A DNA stretch of 32,992 bases from a virus. Position 1 is the stretch's first letter, and each line of letters begins with the position of its first letter. Both the position numbers and the translations under genes were made by a program. Location of the stretch: the IMG/VR virus record IMGVR_UViG_3300045988_150650; one strand, given 5' to 3'. Shown in pieces: positions 16,724 through 25,179 of this stretch. The notes below the pieces were generated by a model. The model was not told where the DNA came from and did no database searches. It saw only the letters and a program-made list of their open reading frames with translations.

Positions 16724-17383
16724 TTATTTGCACAAAAAATCTATAAGATAATTTTTTTTAGTCGCCTCAATTTTTTTCTCAGATATTTTTTGCATTACAT
16801 TTCTGCGGACATTCTGAGAAACGCCTGCGTATGATTCGTTATGCGATGATGTAGCGAATCCCCACTCCAATGCTTCTGACGGAGTTATCCATGTCTCCTC
16901 ATCCATTTTCCTTTTAAGGTCATTCTCATCGATATTTACGACACTCATGTATGCATTTATGGACGCCTGCGTTATTTTATCCAGGTCATCTGCACTCTTT
17001 CTAAGCTCGCTTGCATTTCCAGACGCATAAGTCCATGCATTATGAATCATTAAAAGTGATGCTTCCGACATGACTCTTTCTTCGCCGGCCATAAAAATAA
17101 CGCTTGCTATGCTACAGGCAAAGCCGTCGCAAAATGTATTGACTTTAGCTTTGCAGTTTTTTAATGCGTTAAAAATCGCAAGACCCTCAGCAACCTCTCC
17201 GCCGTATGAGTTAATGTGTACGTCTATTTCGTCCACATCAAGCCCCGCAAGTTGCTTTGAAAGGATAAAACTCGATACATCGCTTTCGAGCCACGGCCAA
17301 CTTGTTATGTCGCCGTAAATTATCAACTCAGCTTTCCTTTCTTCTGTTAATAATGAGTAGTATTTTTTACCTACTGTTGTCAT
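16724..17383 (-). CDS. ClpP-family (S14) prohead maturation protease
   Basis: HINSYGGEVAEGLAIFNALK...CDGFACSIASVIFMAG...LMIHNAW is a ClpP-like signature. It sits between the portal and capsid genes. Confidence 0.9.
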   Translation of the reverse strand: MTTVGKKYYSLLTEERKAELIIYGDITSWPWLESDVSSFILSKQLAGLDVDEIDVHINSYGGEVAEGLAIFNALKNCKAKVNTFCDGFACSIASVIFMAGEERVMSEASLLMIHNAWTYASGNASELRKSADDLDKITQASINAYMSVVNIDENDLKRKMDEETWITPSEALEWGFATSSHNESYAGVSQNVRRNVMQKISEKKIEATKKNYLIDFLCK

Positions 17384-17389
17384 TCTTTT

Positions 17390-18541
17390 TCACCTCCTTT
17401 GCATTTGATTTAAAGCTTCAGCAAATGTGCTGTAGTTTTTTGTCAAGAAATGCTCATATGCCCACGACTCCTCTATTTGAGGCATTCCAATGAGCCGTAA
17501 AATATCGTTTATGCAGGCCACCCCGGAACCTATGAGTTTATCCACCGATGTGCCTACGTCCATGAGGTCTATATGCTTAACGGCTGCCGTGTCTACTTTT
17601 ACGAATGTACCTTTAAGTACGGATTTTCCATTACGCTGTCTGTTGATCTCTGTTTCAATCATGTCAACTAATGGGTCAAGGCAGAATGTCAGCATTTCAT
17701 CAACAGCTTTATCTGTGTCTTGCACGTCCCCTTTTGCAAGGGACGGAGGGAAGTTGAAGCCTCGCGCCATAAAGTCAAAAACATCATCCATCTGCCCCTT
17801 TATATCCCTTGTATTTTCGCCGGAATATGTCTTTTCATTCAAATCGTTATAGTCATATCCCTTGAATAGCGGAAGTACTCCGTTTTCAGAATTAAAAAAC
17901 TCCTTAAAATCTTTTTCAAGGAGTTTTTTAATATTTTGTTCAAAATCTTTGTTCCCTGAGGCTATGGAATCTATGTTTAAAATGCCCCTTGACCCTTTAG
18001 ATTTTTTATACGCTTTAATACTAAACTCTATTAAATTCTGATAAAGTTCGTACATACTTTTGACAATAGGCCTCATGTTCTCGTGGTTTAATTTGAAGTA
18101 AAGAACATCTCTCCTCTTATATTCTCGACCTATACCTATGCCATTTATTGTTACTCCCTCAAAGGTCATTTCGGTTGTTCCGTTTTCGTTTTTAGAAAAA
18201 CTGTCGGCCACATATAGCCCTCCGCCGTCTTCTATTACCAGCGCCTCGTTATCCATATATAGCCTTGATACAATTTCTTTCAAAAATGTATCAGAGGTCT
18301 GATTTTTGTTTGGGGCATAATTCCAAAGGTAATATTCTTCGCCTTTTACTTCTTTGTTTTTGACATAGGTTCGAAACTCGCACTTGCTGACCGCGTTAGC
18401 TATTCGGTTAACTATGCTCCAAAAAGCGATTTTTTCTATAGATAATTTTTCGGCGATTTCTCTTATCTCTTGGCATGTTATTTCTATAGTGCGGTCGTCT
18501 ATACCCGTTATAGACCGCAGCCATTTTTTCAAGCTGATCAC
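17390..18541 (-). CDS. Portal protein (HK97 family)
   Basis: This 383-aa protein lies directly downstream of TerL. Its GTG start is preceded by GGAGGAG. Confidence 0.85.
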   Translation of the reverse strand: MISLKKWLRSITGIDDRTIEITCQEIREIAEKLSIEKIAFWSIVNRIANAVSKCEFRTYVKNKEVKGEEYYLWNYAPNKNQTSDTFLKEIVSRLYMDNEALVIEDGGGLYVADSFSKNENGTTEMTFEGVTINGIGIGREYKRRDVLYFKLNHENMRPIVKSMYELYQNLIEFSIKAYKKSKGSRGILNIDSIASGNKDFEQNIKKLLEKDFKEFFNSENGVLPLFKGYDYNDLNEKTYSGENTRDIKGQMDDVFDFMARGFNFPPSLAKGDVQDTDKAVDEMLTFCLDPLVDMIETEINRQRNGKSVLKGTFVKVDTAAVKHIDLMDVGTSVDKLIGSGVACINDILRLIGMPQIEESWAYEHFLTKNYSTFAEALNQMQRR

Positions 18542-18555
18542 ATTACTCCTCCTGT

Positions 18556-20247
18556 CTAATATGTGTAAACTCCTATTGTTGGTATTGCGGCCATTTGATG
18601 AATTGGGATTTCTTCTTCTATCACCATTGAAGCCACAAGCGCCATGAATGGGTCTGTTTTTCTGCTCTTGCCTTCGATTTTGCCATATATAAAATTGCCT
18701 ACATCGGCGTCAGCCGCTTTTCCTATGGCTCGCCCGGCCCGTATTAGTTTTGTGTTATTAGTAGCCCATCTAAGCACGGGGTTGTTTCCCCAAACATAAT
18801 AATGGTTCGCGAAGCAGCTTTCGATGACCGGCGCAATTTTCATTATGTCTGACGGCCGCACCAACTTGAGATTTTTTCTTTCTTTGGGACTGTACCCTAT
18901 TTCTGAAAGATATTTTGAAAGGAGCGTATACCTATAGTCATCTATTGCCACTTTTTTTATATCGTATATCTCACCTTGCTGCTTCAGGTAATCCGCAACA
19001 ATTTTAGGGTGAATTTCAACATCATCTACTAATGTCAGCAAGCCTTTCTCTGCCCACTCTTTCCATGGAACTTTTAACCGCCATAAATCTTTTGACTGTA
19101 GGCATAGCCACGAGTGGTTTATATCATATCGCAAATCTCCATCTCTAAAATGTAGATTTATGGATAGCATGTCGGTTGTTTTCGTATAGTCCACTCCGGC
19201 AACACAATTTCTTCCACTTAAATCTATAAGTTCTTTCTTGGTGGCGATAATATTAGCCCAAACTGTAACTACAGTTTCGGTTGCAGATTCAGGCCAGTTC
19301 ATTCTTTTTGTCATGAATGACGTTAATGTATTCGGGCGCTCTTTCCATCTCAAATATTCTTTTCTTGTTTCTTTAAGCAGATGTGGAAAATATGGTAAAG
19401 ATGGATTTGCCTTAGCCCAATTTCTTTCATCATGCACTTCTTCCTTGTCATCTATTCGGCATATAAAATATAACTTCCCATTGTCGGGAGCTTCTCCGTT
19501 TAGCACTTCCTCAGCTTCCGCCAGTTCATCATCTAATGGACCTTCTCTAACATCTCCCTGCGTGGTATACATGCTCGAGCGGGGGTGCTTTTTCTTTCCC
19601 AGCCCGGTAGTGAATACTTCTATATTTTTGTAATCTTGATATTGATGGACTTCGTTGAATATGATTATACCGGATCTCATACCATCACGACCCTTAGGGT
19701 TATTAGTTCTACCCCGTATTACAGCGCCTGTTTTTATACACCTGATTTTTTCTTTTGTCCAATAAAAATATTTTTTTAGCTTTTTCTCCCACCTTATATC
19801 TTCAAAGGCCTCTATGATGTCGAGCACAGGCCGCATGGCTTGTTCTTCATTGTTGGCACATATGTCTACATCATATTTTTTTATTTTATTATATGGCGAG
19901 GAAAGACACTCACTTTCCCACGCTATAGTCCCATCTTTACCTGCGCCTCTTCCGATTAAACAAAAAAGATCCGGCCATCTTGGCTCGCCGGTTTTTTGAT
20001 AATAAGTACAATCATGTAGTCCTACGACAAACTTTTGCCATGGTAAAAGTTTGTCCCATGGGAAATATCCTGCCATTTTTATATAATGTTCAAACTGTTC
20101 ATCATCTGTGTAAATATCTTCTTCCTCGAACGCTTTTTTAACGAGTTTTACAAGTTTTTTTTGCTCTTGGCATACACGAAAAGGCTCTTTTTCAACTATA
20201 TCAATCCATTCTTGAATATGCGGGTTTATTTTAGAGCTCGTCGTCAT
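18556..20247 (-). CDS. terL: Terminase large subunit
   Basis: A ~560-aa Terminase_1-like protein with a Walker A-like region (LIGRGAGKDG). ATG 20247 overlaps the terS end. Confidence 0.9.
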   Translation of the reverse strand: MTTSSKINPHIQEWIDIVEKEPFRVCQEQKKLVKLVKKAFEEEDIYTDDEQFEHYIKMAGYFPWDKLLPWQKFVVGLHDCTYYQKTGEPRWPDLFCLIGRGAGKDGTIAWESECLSSPYNKIKKYDVDICANNEEQAMRPVLDIIEAFEDIRWEKKLKKYFYWTKEKIRCIKTGAVIRGRTNNPKGRDGMRSGIIIFNEVHQYQDYKNIEVFTTGLGKKKHPRSSMYTTQGDVREGPLDDELAEAEEVLNGEAPDNGKLYFICRIDDKEEVHDERNWAKANPSLPYFPHLLKETRKEYLRWKERPNTLTSFMTKRMNWPESATETVVTVWANIIATKKELIDLSGRNCVAGVDYTKTTDMLSINLHFRDGDLRYDINHSWLCLQSKDLWRLKVPWKEWAEKGLLTLVDDVEIHPKIVADYLKQQGEIYDIKKVAIDDYRYTLLSKYLSEIGYSPKERKNLKLVRPSDIMKIAPVIESCFANHYYVWGNNPVLRWATNNTKLIRAGRAIGKAADADVGNFIYGKIEGKSRKTDPFMALVASMVIEEEIPIHQMAAIPTIGVYTY

Positions 20248-20557
20248 CACTCATCTCACCTGCCGCTGGTTTAATTTCGAGGTTGTCCAAAATTTTTAAC
20301 ATTTGGGCATTGACCCTGATGACTTGGTCAACCGAATCATTCTTTTTTACTCCTCTTTGCCCTCCTCCATTGTCATAAATTACCGACACCCCTCGCGCTT
20401 CTATATCCTCAAGAAGTGCGTTCTTAGTGTCCCAAAGTCGCATGTAATCTTCTATTAAGTCCTCAAAAAAACGGCCAAAAGTACCGTTTCTTTCAAGCTG
20501 ATCGTATAAGTCCTTTTTTATTTCCTTCCTTATAGTCATTTTTGATTTACGGCCCAT
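20231..20557 (-). CDS. terS: Terminase small subunit, P27 family
   Basis: MGRKSKMTI...DYMRLWDTKNALLEDIEARGV...KKNDSVDQVIRVNAQMLKIL matches the P27-family pattern. ATG 20557 follows GGGAGGGGG. Confidence 0.8.
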   Translation of the reverse strand: MGRKSKMTIRKEIKKDLYDQLERNGTFGRFFEDLIEDYMRLWDTKNALLEDIEARGVSVIYDNGGGQRGVKKNDSVDQVIRVNAQMLKILDNLEIKPAAGEMSDDDEL

Positions 20558-20692
20558 TACCACACCCCCTCCCTTCACATGTGCATAATAAATTTAGATA
20601 GTCGGGCTTTGCCCTCGGTCAGTAGCTGCGGATTAAATTTTCGTTTTTTTCGACCGGGGGTATGTTTTTTATATTTTTCATACTTTTTTGTC

Positions 20693-21028
20693 CTACCATT
20701 TTTCTTCTGTTAGCCATTCTTTACTTTCTCTTGTTCTTTTGTGTCTTTTTTCGTGGCAACTATGGCATAAGCTTACAAGGTTTCTCTTTCTCTTGTTGCC
20801 TACATAGCAGTATTGTTCAATGGCATATTCTGGATACTGCTTCAGGAAAAAGTTGTGATGCACCGTCGTCGCTTTTGTTATTACCCCTCTGTGCTTACAG
20901 TCTTGACATTCGCCCCTGTCAGCTTTAAGGGTTTCCTCTCTTGCTTTTAACCATTTACTCCATGTATAAAATCTATGTATATCGTTTTCAATGCACCATG
21001 CGGTATATGCTATATCCTCTTTTGTCAT
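20693..21028 (-). CDS. HNH endonuclease (terminase-associated)
   Basis: CQDCKHRG...TTVHH...NLVSLCHSCHEKRH is an HNH motif. Its position just upstream of terS is typical of HK97-like cos phages. The 20579-20692 gap is the likeliest cos region. Confidence 0.85.
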   Translation of the reverse strand: MTKEDIAYTAWCIENDIHRFYTWSKWLKAREETLKADRGECQDCKHRGVITKATTVHHNFFLKQYPEYAIEQYCYVGNKRKRNLVSLCHSCHEKRHKRTRESKEWLTEEKW

Positions 21029-21252
21029 CTGTTTCCTTGCAATCTATCTATGGTATTCTTTACTGCCACGCTGGTTTGTACCGTTATTTCAGGGAAAATC
21101 ATTTCATCAGTATTACGACCAACACTTATAACTAAGCGTACATCTGTAATTTCTGTCAGCCCCTTTCCTACGAGGCTCTCTGCTCTGTCTATCAATTCTT
21201 GTCCCGCTTCTTTTATTTGCTGGACAACTTCATCTCTATAAGGGTTTATCAT
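21025..21252 (-). CDS. Hypothetical protein, first gene of the late operon
   Basis: AGGAGG lies upstream of ATG 21252, and the stop forms an ATGA overlap with the HNH start. Confidence 0.6.
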   Translation of the reverse strand: MINPYRDEVVQQIKEAGQELIDRAESLVGKGLTEITDVRLVISVGRNTDEMIFPEITVQTSVAVKNTIDRLQGNR

Positions 21253-21281
21253 TTATTCCTCCTGTTTAATTTTTGTATTAT

Positions 21282-21310
21282 AAAAGACGCTCTGCTTCAA
21301 AGCGTCTTTT
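21282..21310. terminator. Intrinsic terminator A (A-run / hairpin / T-run, bidirectional shape)
   Basis: AAAAGACGCT (21282-21291) pairs with AGCGTCTTTT (21301-21310) around a 9-nt loop. Confidence 0.7.
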
Positions 21311-21332
21311 ATAATATTATCTGCATACACTT

Positions 21333-21369
21333 TTTAATAAAAGACCGCAGGCCCGAAGGTCACTGCGGT
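21333..21369 (-). terminator. Minus-strand intrinsic terminator with a UUCG-type tetraloop
   Basis: The minus strand reads ACCGCAG-TGACC-TTCG-GGC-CTGCGGT followed by CTTTTATT. The stem arms lie at 21344-21350 and 21363-21369. Only the minus strand has the U-tail. Confidence 0.65.
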
Positions 21370-21496
21370 ACATTCCAATTCTCTATTAGGGCTTCGCCCT
21401 ATTATATATTATAAATTAAAAAGTTTTCCCGTGCGTCTCATTTTTTATATTAACATTAGTTTTTTATTCCCCATATATCAAATATTTTTTAATTAT

Positions 21497-21526
21497 AAAG
21501 GACGCTCCATTTTGAAGCGTCCTTTT
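21497..21526. terminator. Intrinsic terminator B, immediately after hicB
   Basis: AAAGGACGCT (21497-21506) pairs with AGCGTCCTTT (21516-21525). It is a sequence relative of terminator A with compensatory stem changes. Confidence 0.7.
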
Positions 21527-21530
21527 AATG

Positions 21531-21965
21531 TTATCTGCGCACATCTAATTTTTTCATTAAAGCCTCTTGTAACACCCTTGAGACGTTTAGATTCGCAGCC
21601 TCCGCCTCTTGATTTAACCAATTCGGCAGGGTTACATTTCTTCTTACAGTTTTATTATCTACCTTTCTGCGATATTCCGCCAAGTCAACGTCCACTAAAG
21701 AAACGAGTCCCTTTCCTTCTTCCGCAAAGGTTCCCTTGCTAACGTCTATATCCTCTATGGCGGAAGCCTCTGCAATCATTTCCCCTTCATCTTCTGCCGA
21801 AATGCACGAAAGTCCTATTACGTCTCTTGCGACTATAATCGCCTCCGCAAAAGAAGCCTTTTCTTTTCCTTCCTCGTTCGCCTCCGTGAGTATTTTTAAG
21901 TCTGGAACTTCTATCAGTATATTTGTGCTAACATCTGTAAAAATAACCGGATAAACCTTTTTCAT
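21531..21965 (-). CDS. hicB: HicB-family antitoxin with a C-terminal ribbon-helix-helix-like tail
   Basis: MKKVYPVIFTD....ILIEVPDL is a HicB-like N-terminal fold. The C-terminus RRNVTLPNWLNQEAEAANLNVSRVLQEALMKKL is CopG/RHH-like. AGGAGG lies upstream, and the gene follows hicA. Confidence 0.8.
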   Translation of the reverse strand: MKKVYPVIFTDVSTNILIEVPDLKILTEANEEGKEKASFAEAIIVARDVIGLSCISAEDEGEMIAEASAIEDIDVSKGTFAEEGKGLVSLVDVDLAEYRRKVDNKTVRRNVTLPNWLNQEAEAANLNVSRVLQEALMKKLDVRR

Positions 21966-22004
21966 ATCTATTGACCTCCTATTTATTGTTACCCTTTAGT
22001 GGGG

Positions 22005-22175
22005 CTATAAGCCCCACTTTTTCAGGATTGCTCTCGCCAGCTTTTCGTTGATTTCTTTATGTCTTGGTATCGTCTCCGAATCTTTGCCTCTGCGATATAT
22101 GTCGTGGCTTCCGCCATGCCTGTAAAACTCAAATCCGATACTTTCAAGTTTTTTAATCAACTCTTTCTGCTTCAT
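22005..22175 (-). CDS. hicA: HicA-family mRNA interferase toxin (56 aa, below the ORF-track cutoff)
   Basis: Manual translation gives MKQKELIKKLESIGFEFYRHGGSHDIYRRGKDSETIPRHKEINEKLARAILKKWGL. This carries HicA hallmarks (KELIKxLE..GF, GSH, IPRH). GGAGG lies 8 nt upstream of ATG 22175. Confidence 0.8.
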   Translation of the reverse strand: MKQKELIKKLESIGFEFYRHGGSHDIYRRGKDSETIPRHKEINEKLARAILKKWGL

Positions 22176-22198
22176 CAATGTGTCCTCCTTATGTCATT

Positions 22199-22227
22199 AT
22201 TATACACATTGAATACATACTTGTCAA
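22199..22227 (-). promoter_or_regulatory. Consensus sigma-70 promoter for hicAB
   Basis: The minus strand reads TTGACA (22227-22222), a 17-nt spacer and TATAAT (22204-22199). It lies ~25 nt upstream of the hicA RBS. Confidence 0.7.
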
Positions 22228-22254
22228 TAGTTTTATGCACATTTTTTACACATT

Positions 22255-22644
22255 TTAAATTAAGGTTAATTGCTTCGCTGCTTCATATACGAATCTCGAC
22301 TTATATCGGCTGTATGTAGCTCGTCCGGCGTCGTGCGGGAAAGGCGCGTCGTATAATATATTTTGCCATACACCCTTTATGTACTCCTCCGGTATTATTT
22401 TCTTGGCTGCTTCAATAGCTTTTATGCGGCTGTGTATTTTTTCTATCTTTATCGCCGTTTCTGCCGTAGGGTCCCCTACTCGGCTCCCATGGGGCAGCCC
22501 GTCTAATTCAACGGCCCTTCCCTGAATCATGTATTCATATTCCTCTTTCAGTCTCTCATAATCCCTTATGGCATATAGGGTTTGGCGGTATAGGTTTGTC
22601 GGCAATATCCATTTATTATTTTTCATACGCTGGTAATCTCTCAT
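22255..22644 (-). CDS. RinA/ArpU-like phage late-gene transcriptional activator (tentative)
   Basis: The protein is 129 aa. The pattern LYAIRDYERLKEEYEYM...GDPTAETAIKIEKIHSRIKAIEAA...YSRYKSRFVYEAAKQL resembles RinA-family regulators, and it lies upstream of the late region. Confidence 0.45.
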   Translation of the reverse strand: MRDYQRMKNNKWILPTNLYRQTLYAIRDYERLKEEYEYMIQGRAVELDGLPHGSRVGDPTAETAIKIEKIHSRIKAIEAAKKIIPEEYIKGVWQNILYDAPFPHDAGRATYSRYKSRFVYEAAKQLTLI

Positions 22645-22680
22645 GGAATTTCTCCTTTGTTCAATACAAATAGGCCCATT

Positions 22681-23490
22681 TTAAAGAATGAGCTGCTCCT
22701 CGTCGTATGTAGGTTTGTAAAATTCTCGGCCGGATATTATTTCGCCAAAAGGCCATATTTTATATTTTATAGGTTTGCCAAGAGCCACCATTGTGTATTC
22801 TAAATGTTCTATGCCTGTTACCGGATGTTCAAAACGGCGGCAAAGTTCTTTTGGTATGTAATAGCCCTTTAAGGGCGCTGGGTCTTCAAATAATTCCTCT
22901 GGGTCTATTTCTACTCTTACAATTTCCGGCCGCTTTATGTTTTTACTTGTGGTGTATCTTTTTTTATACGGGTTTTCTCCCGTCCTGAATGTCTTTTGGG
23001 TTTCTTTCAGCAGATACGCGGCTAATTTTGAATAGTCACCGGTTCCGTCTAATGGCGTCGCTTTTACGAAGCCGTATTCCCATAAATCGGTGAGCAATTT
23101 TATATCCGAAACGTTTATCACGACGTGGTGGTGAAGTCTTTTATGTTCACATTCGATTACATGAACATATGACAGTTCTTTATCTTCTTTTCTCATGGCG
23201 GCCCTTAAGGCTCTTATAAATTTGTCGTAGGTTTTCATGGCTGTATTTTTATCCGCCTCGTTTTTATATGTTAAGACCACATGCAGGTCACCCTTTTTGA
23301 AATTCGCGTTTAAAATGGCCGTTAAGTTTCTGAGAGCTAACCTGTCATTATTTTTTCTCACTTGCTCGGGCGTTATGTTTTTTCTTTCTCCTCTTTTGCC
23401 CTTGTGATTTCCTGATGTGCTTTTTAGGCTGCACATTATTGTCTTTCCCGCTATGCAGATATCTTTTACAGCTTTTATCTTGAATTTCAT
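22681..23490 (-). CDS. HUH-superfamily Rep-like (rolling-circle initiator-like) protein
   Basis: Three ordered motifs are present: DLHVVLTY (motif I-like), KRLHHHVVIN (HUH) and DYSKLAAYLLKE (catalytic Tyr, YxxK-like). ATG 23490 follows GGGAGA, and the track start at 23520 is a TTG. Confidence 0.5.
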   Translation of the reverse strand: MKFKIKAVKDICIAGKTIMCSLKSTSGNHKGKRGERKNITPEQVRKNNDRLALRNLTAILNANFKKGDLHVVLTYKNEADKNTAMKTYDKFIRALRAAMRKEDKELSYVHVIECEHKRLHHHVVINVSDIKLLTDLWEYGFVKATPLDGTGDYSKLAAYLLKETQKTFRTGENPYKKRYTTSKNIKRPEIVRVEIDPEELFEDPAPLKGYYIPKELCRRFEHPVTGIEHLEYTMVALGKPIKYKIWPFGEIISGREFYKPTYDEEQLIL

Positions 23491-23599
23491 TTTTCTCCCG
23501 CGAGTTAATACTCTAATCAAGTTTCAATGCTCATGCCGAGCGCCGTTTTGTCTATATATATAATGTAAGGATTTTTTACGGCGGAAGGATGTTCCGCCG

Positions 23600-23806
23600 T
23601 TATTTGTTAATTATTGCTTGTCCGATTTTTGTTTTCTCCCATTTTATCGCTTTGTGGGAACGTTCGCCCTCCGCGTTTACTTCTATGCAGGCCAAGCAAT
23701 TCTTGCAGTCTTGGCCGCATGGTATGTAACCCTTTTTCTCAGCCATTGACCTGTCACATTCGCAGCGTATAATTTTATTAAATCCGCCCCTTATTCCCAT
23801 TGGCAT
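23600..23806 (-). CDS. Small Cys-rich hypothetical protein
   Basis: This 68-aa protein has seven Cys (CECD, CGQDCKNCLAC), so it may bind metal. A 9-bp-stem hairpin (23577-23599) follows its stop. Confidence 0.5.
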   Translation of the reverse strand: MPMGIRGGFNKIIRCECDRSMAEKKGYIPCGQDCKNCLACIEVNAEGERSHKAIKWEKTKIGQAIINK

Positions 23807-23829
23807 GATTTTTATACAATCCTTTCAAT

Positions 23830-24243
23830 TTACATTTCTAACATTTGTATTATCATCATTTCCGGTATGTATATTGATTTTATTAGTCTGCTTATTGTAA
23901 ACGGAATAAGTATGGCCGTTATAACCATAATAAATCCTGCCGCAACCCTGCATATAACCGAGAAAACCGAGCTGTAGTCGTAAAATCTGTCAAACCATAT
24001 AGTCCTTGTCCCAATCTTTGCGTCGCGGCTTACACATTTGGTAATTTTTATTATCGCGAACAAGCTCGCCGTGAATAGCGCGGCGCATATTATCAATGTT
24101 ACAATCGAGTCAATAATGAGGTATCTTTCTGCCCGTTCATATAGTTCTGTTAAATATGGGGCTATGTTTTCAGATGTCCAATCAATAGCTATTCCGAATT
24201 TTTCCCCAAGATTGTCTAATATTTTAATAACTTCTTCACTCAT
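23830..24243 (-). CDS. Hypothetical membrane protein (two TM segments)
   Basis: Hydrophobic segments are IIDSIVTLIICAALFTASLFAII and FSVICRVAAGFIMVITAILIPF. Its start forms an ATGA-type overlap with the upstream small ORF. Confidence 0.6.
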   Translation of the reverse strand: MSEEVIKILDNLGEKFGIAIDWTSENIAPYLTELYERAERYLIIDSIVTLIICAALFTASLFAIIKITKCVSRDAKIGTRTIWFDRFYDYSSVFSVICRVAAGFIMVITAILIPFTISRLIKSIYIPEMMIIQMLEM

Positions 24244-24412
24244 TTTGTCCTCCGGTATTTATTCTCTTTTCGTTATCCTTTGCAAATCGCTCTGTCAGGT
24301 CCAAGGCGTACTTTAATCCTTCTACCTCATATCGAAAACTGATATGTTCCTCTTGATATTCGATTTCCTCTTTGAATATTTCTATTAACTCGTCCACGTC
24401 TATTAGTCTCAT
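24236..24412 (-). CDS. 58-aa hypothetical protein (below the ORF-track cutoff)
   Basis: Manual translation gives MRLIDVDELIEIFKEEIEYQEEHISFRYEVEGLKYALDLTERFAKDNEKRINTGGQNE. GGAGG lies 7 nt upstream of ATG 24412, and the stop overlaps the next start. Confidence 0.55.
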   Translation of the reverse strand: MRLIDVDELIEIFKEEIEYQEEHISFRYEVEGLKYALDLTERFAKDNEKRINTGGQNE

Positions 24413-24424
24413 TTTTCTACCTCC

Positions 24425-24838
24425 TTATTGCTCAAGTAATAACTGCCCGCTAATATAGACTTGATAGAGCGTCTGCCCTTCCTTGTTAGTCAAATATGGT
24501 AAAAACGCTTCTTGCAATGTCGCGTTTCCTGCCTCAATGAATGCCATTTGGGCAAGAACCCAATCACGCACATTCCTCCATGCGGTCTTTTTTGCCTGTT
24601 CCATATCAGCTTTAATTTTTTGTCTTTTAAAAACCTCGCAGACCCCGTCTACATTTGCGGGAAGTTGGAACCCCATAAAACCTCTCTCGGTTTCTATTGC
24701 GAAAGCAAGGCCTTTTGGTTCTCCTTTTTCGTCATAATCAATCATCACTTTCTTGGCTCCGCCTTTAGCCAGAGCTGCTTGTATTTCACCTATACTCTCA
24801 AGTGGGTGTTTAGTCGTTGTATAATTTTTAATCGCCAT
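24425..24838 (-). CDS. Hypothetical protein
   Basis: This 137-aa ORF is tightly packed in the operon. I recognise no motif. Confidence 0.6.
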   Translation of the reverse strand: MAIKNYTTTKHPLESIGEIQAALAKGGAKKVMIDYDEKGEPKGLAFAIETERGFMGFQLPANVDGVCEVFKRQKIKADMEQAKKTAWRNVRDWVLAQMAFIEAGNATLQEAFLPYLTNKEGQTLYQVYISGQLLLEQ

Positions 24839-25166
24839 TTTCTTCCTCTCTCATATCTGTGAAACAACCCGGACAAAAGTTTAAAAAGTTGTCATTGCAT
24901 CTTCCTCCACATACTGAGCAGTATATTGCGTTGTATTCTGTCCGTTCGTCTACTCTTATCGTGTGTCGTTCGTCCATATCGTTTATTTCAGCTTGTCCCC
25001 TTGCGTTTTCCCCAATCATGGCATTTAAAATGCACATTGCTATTTCTAAATTGTTATAAACAGCCTTAAGTGACGCTTCATCTGAGCTGATTTCTTTTTT
25101 ATTTATTTCCTCGGCCGGAATCCACGGCTCCGGTAATGGTTTCCATGCGATTACAATATCGTCCAT
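24828..25166 (-). CDS. Hypothetical protein with a C-terminal zinc-ribbon (CSVCGG...CPGC)
   Basis: The track ORF begins inside the radical-SAM gene. The first ATG after that gene's stop is 25166 (MDDIVIAWKPLPEPW...). The RBS is weak, so the start is uncertain. Confidence 0.5.
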   Translation of the reverse strand: MDDIVIAWKPLPEPWIPAEEINKKEISSDEASLKAVYNNLEIAMCILNAMIGENARGQAEINDMDERHTIRVDERTEYNAIYCSVCGGRCNDNFLNFCPGCFTDMREEENGD

Positions 25167-25179
25167 AAACCTGCAATCA

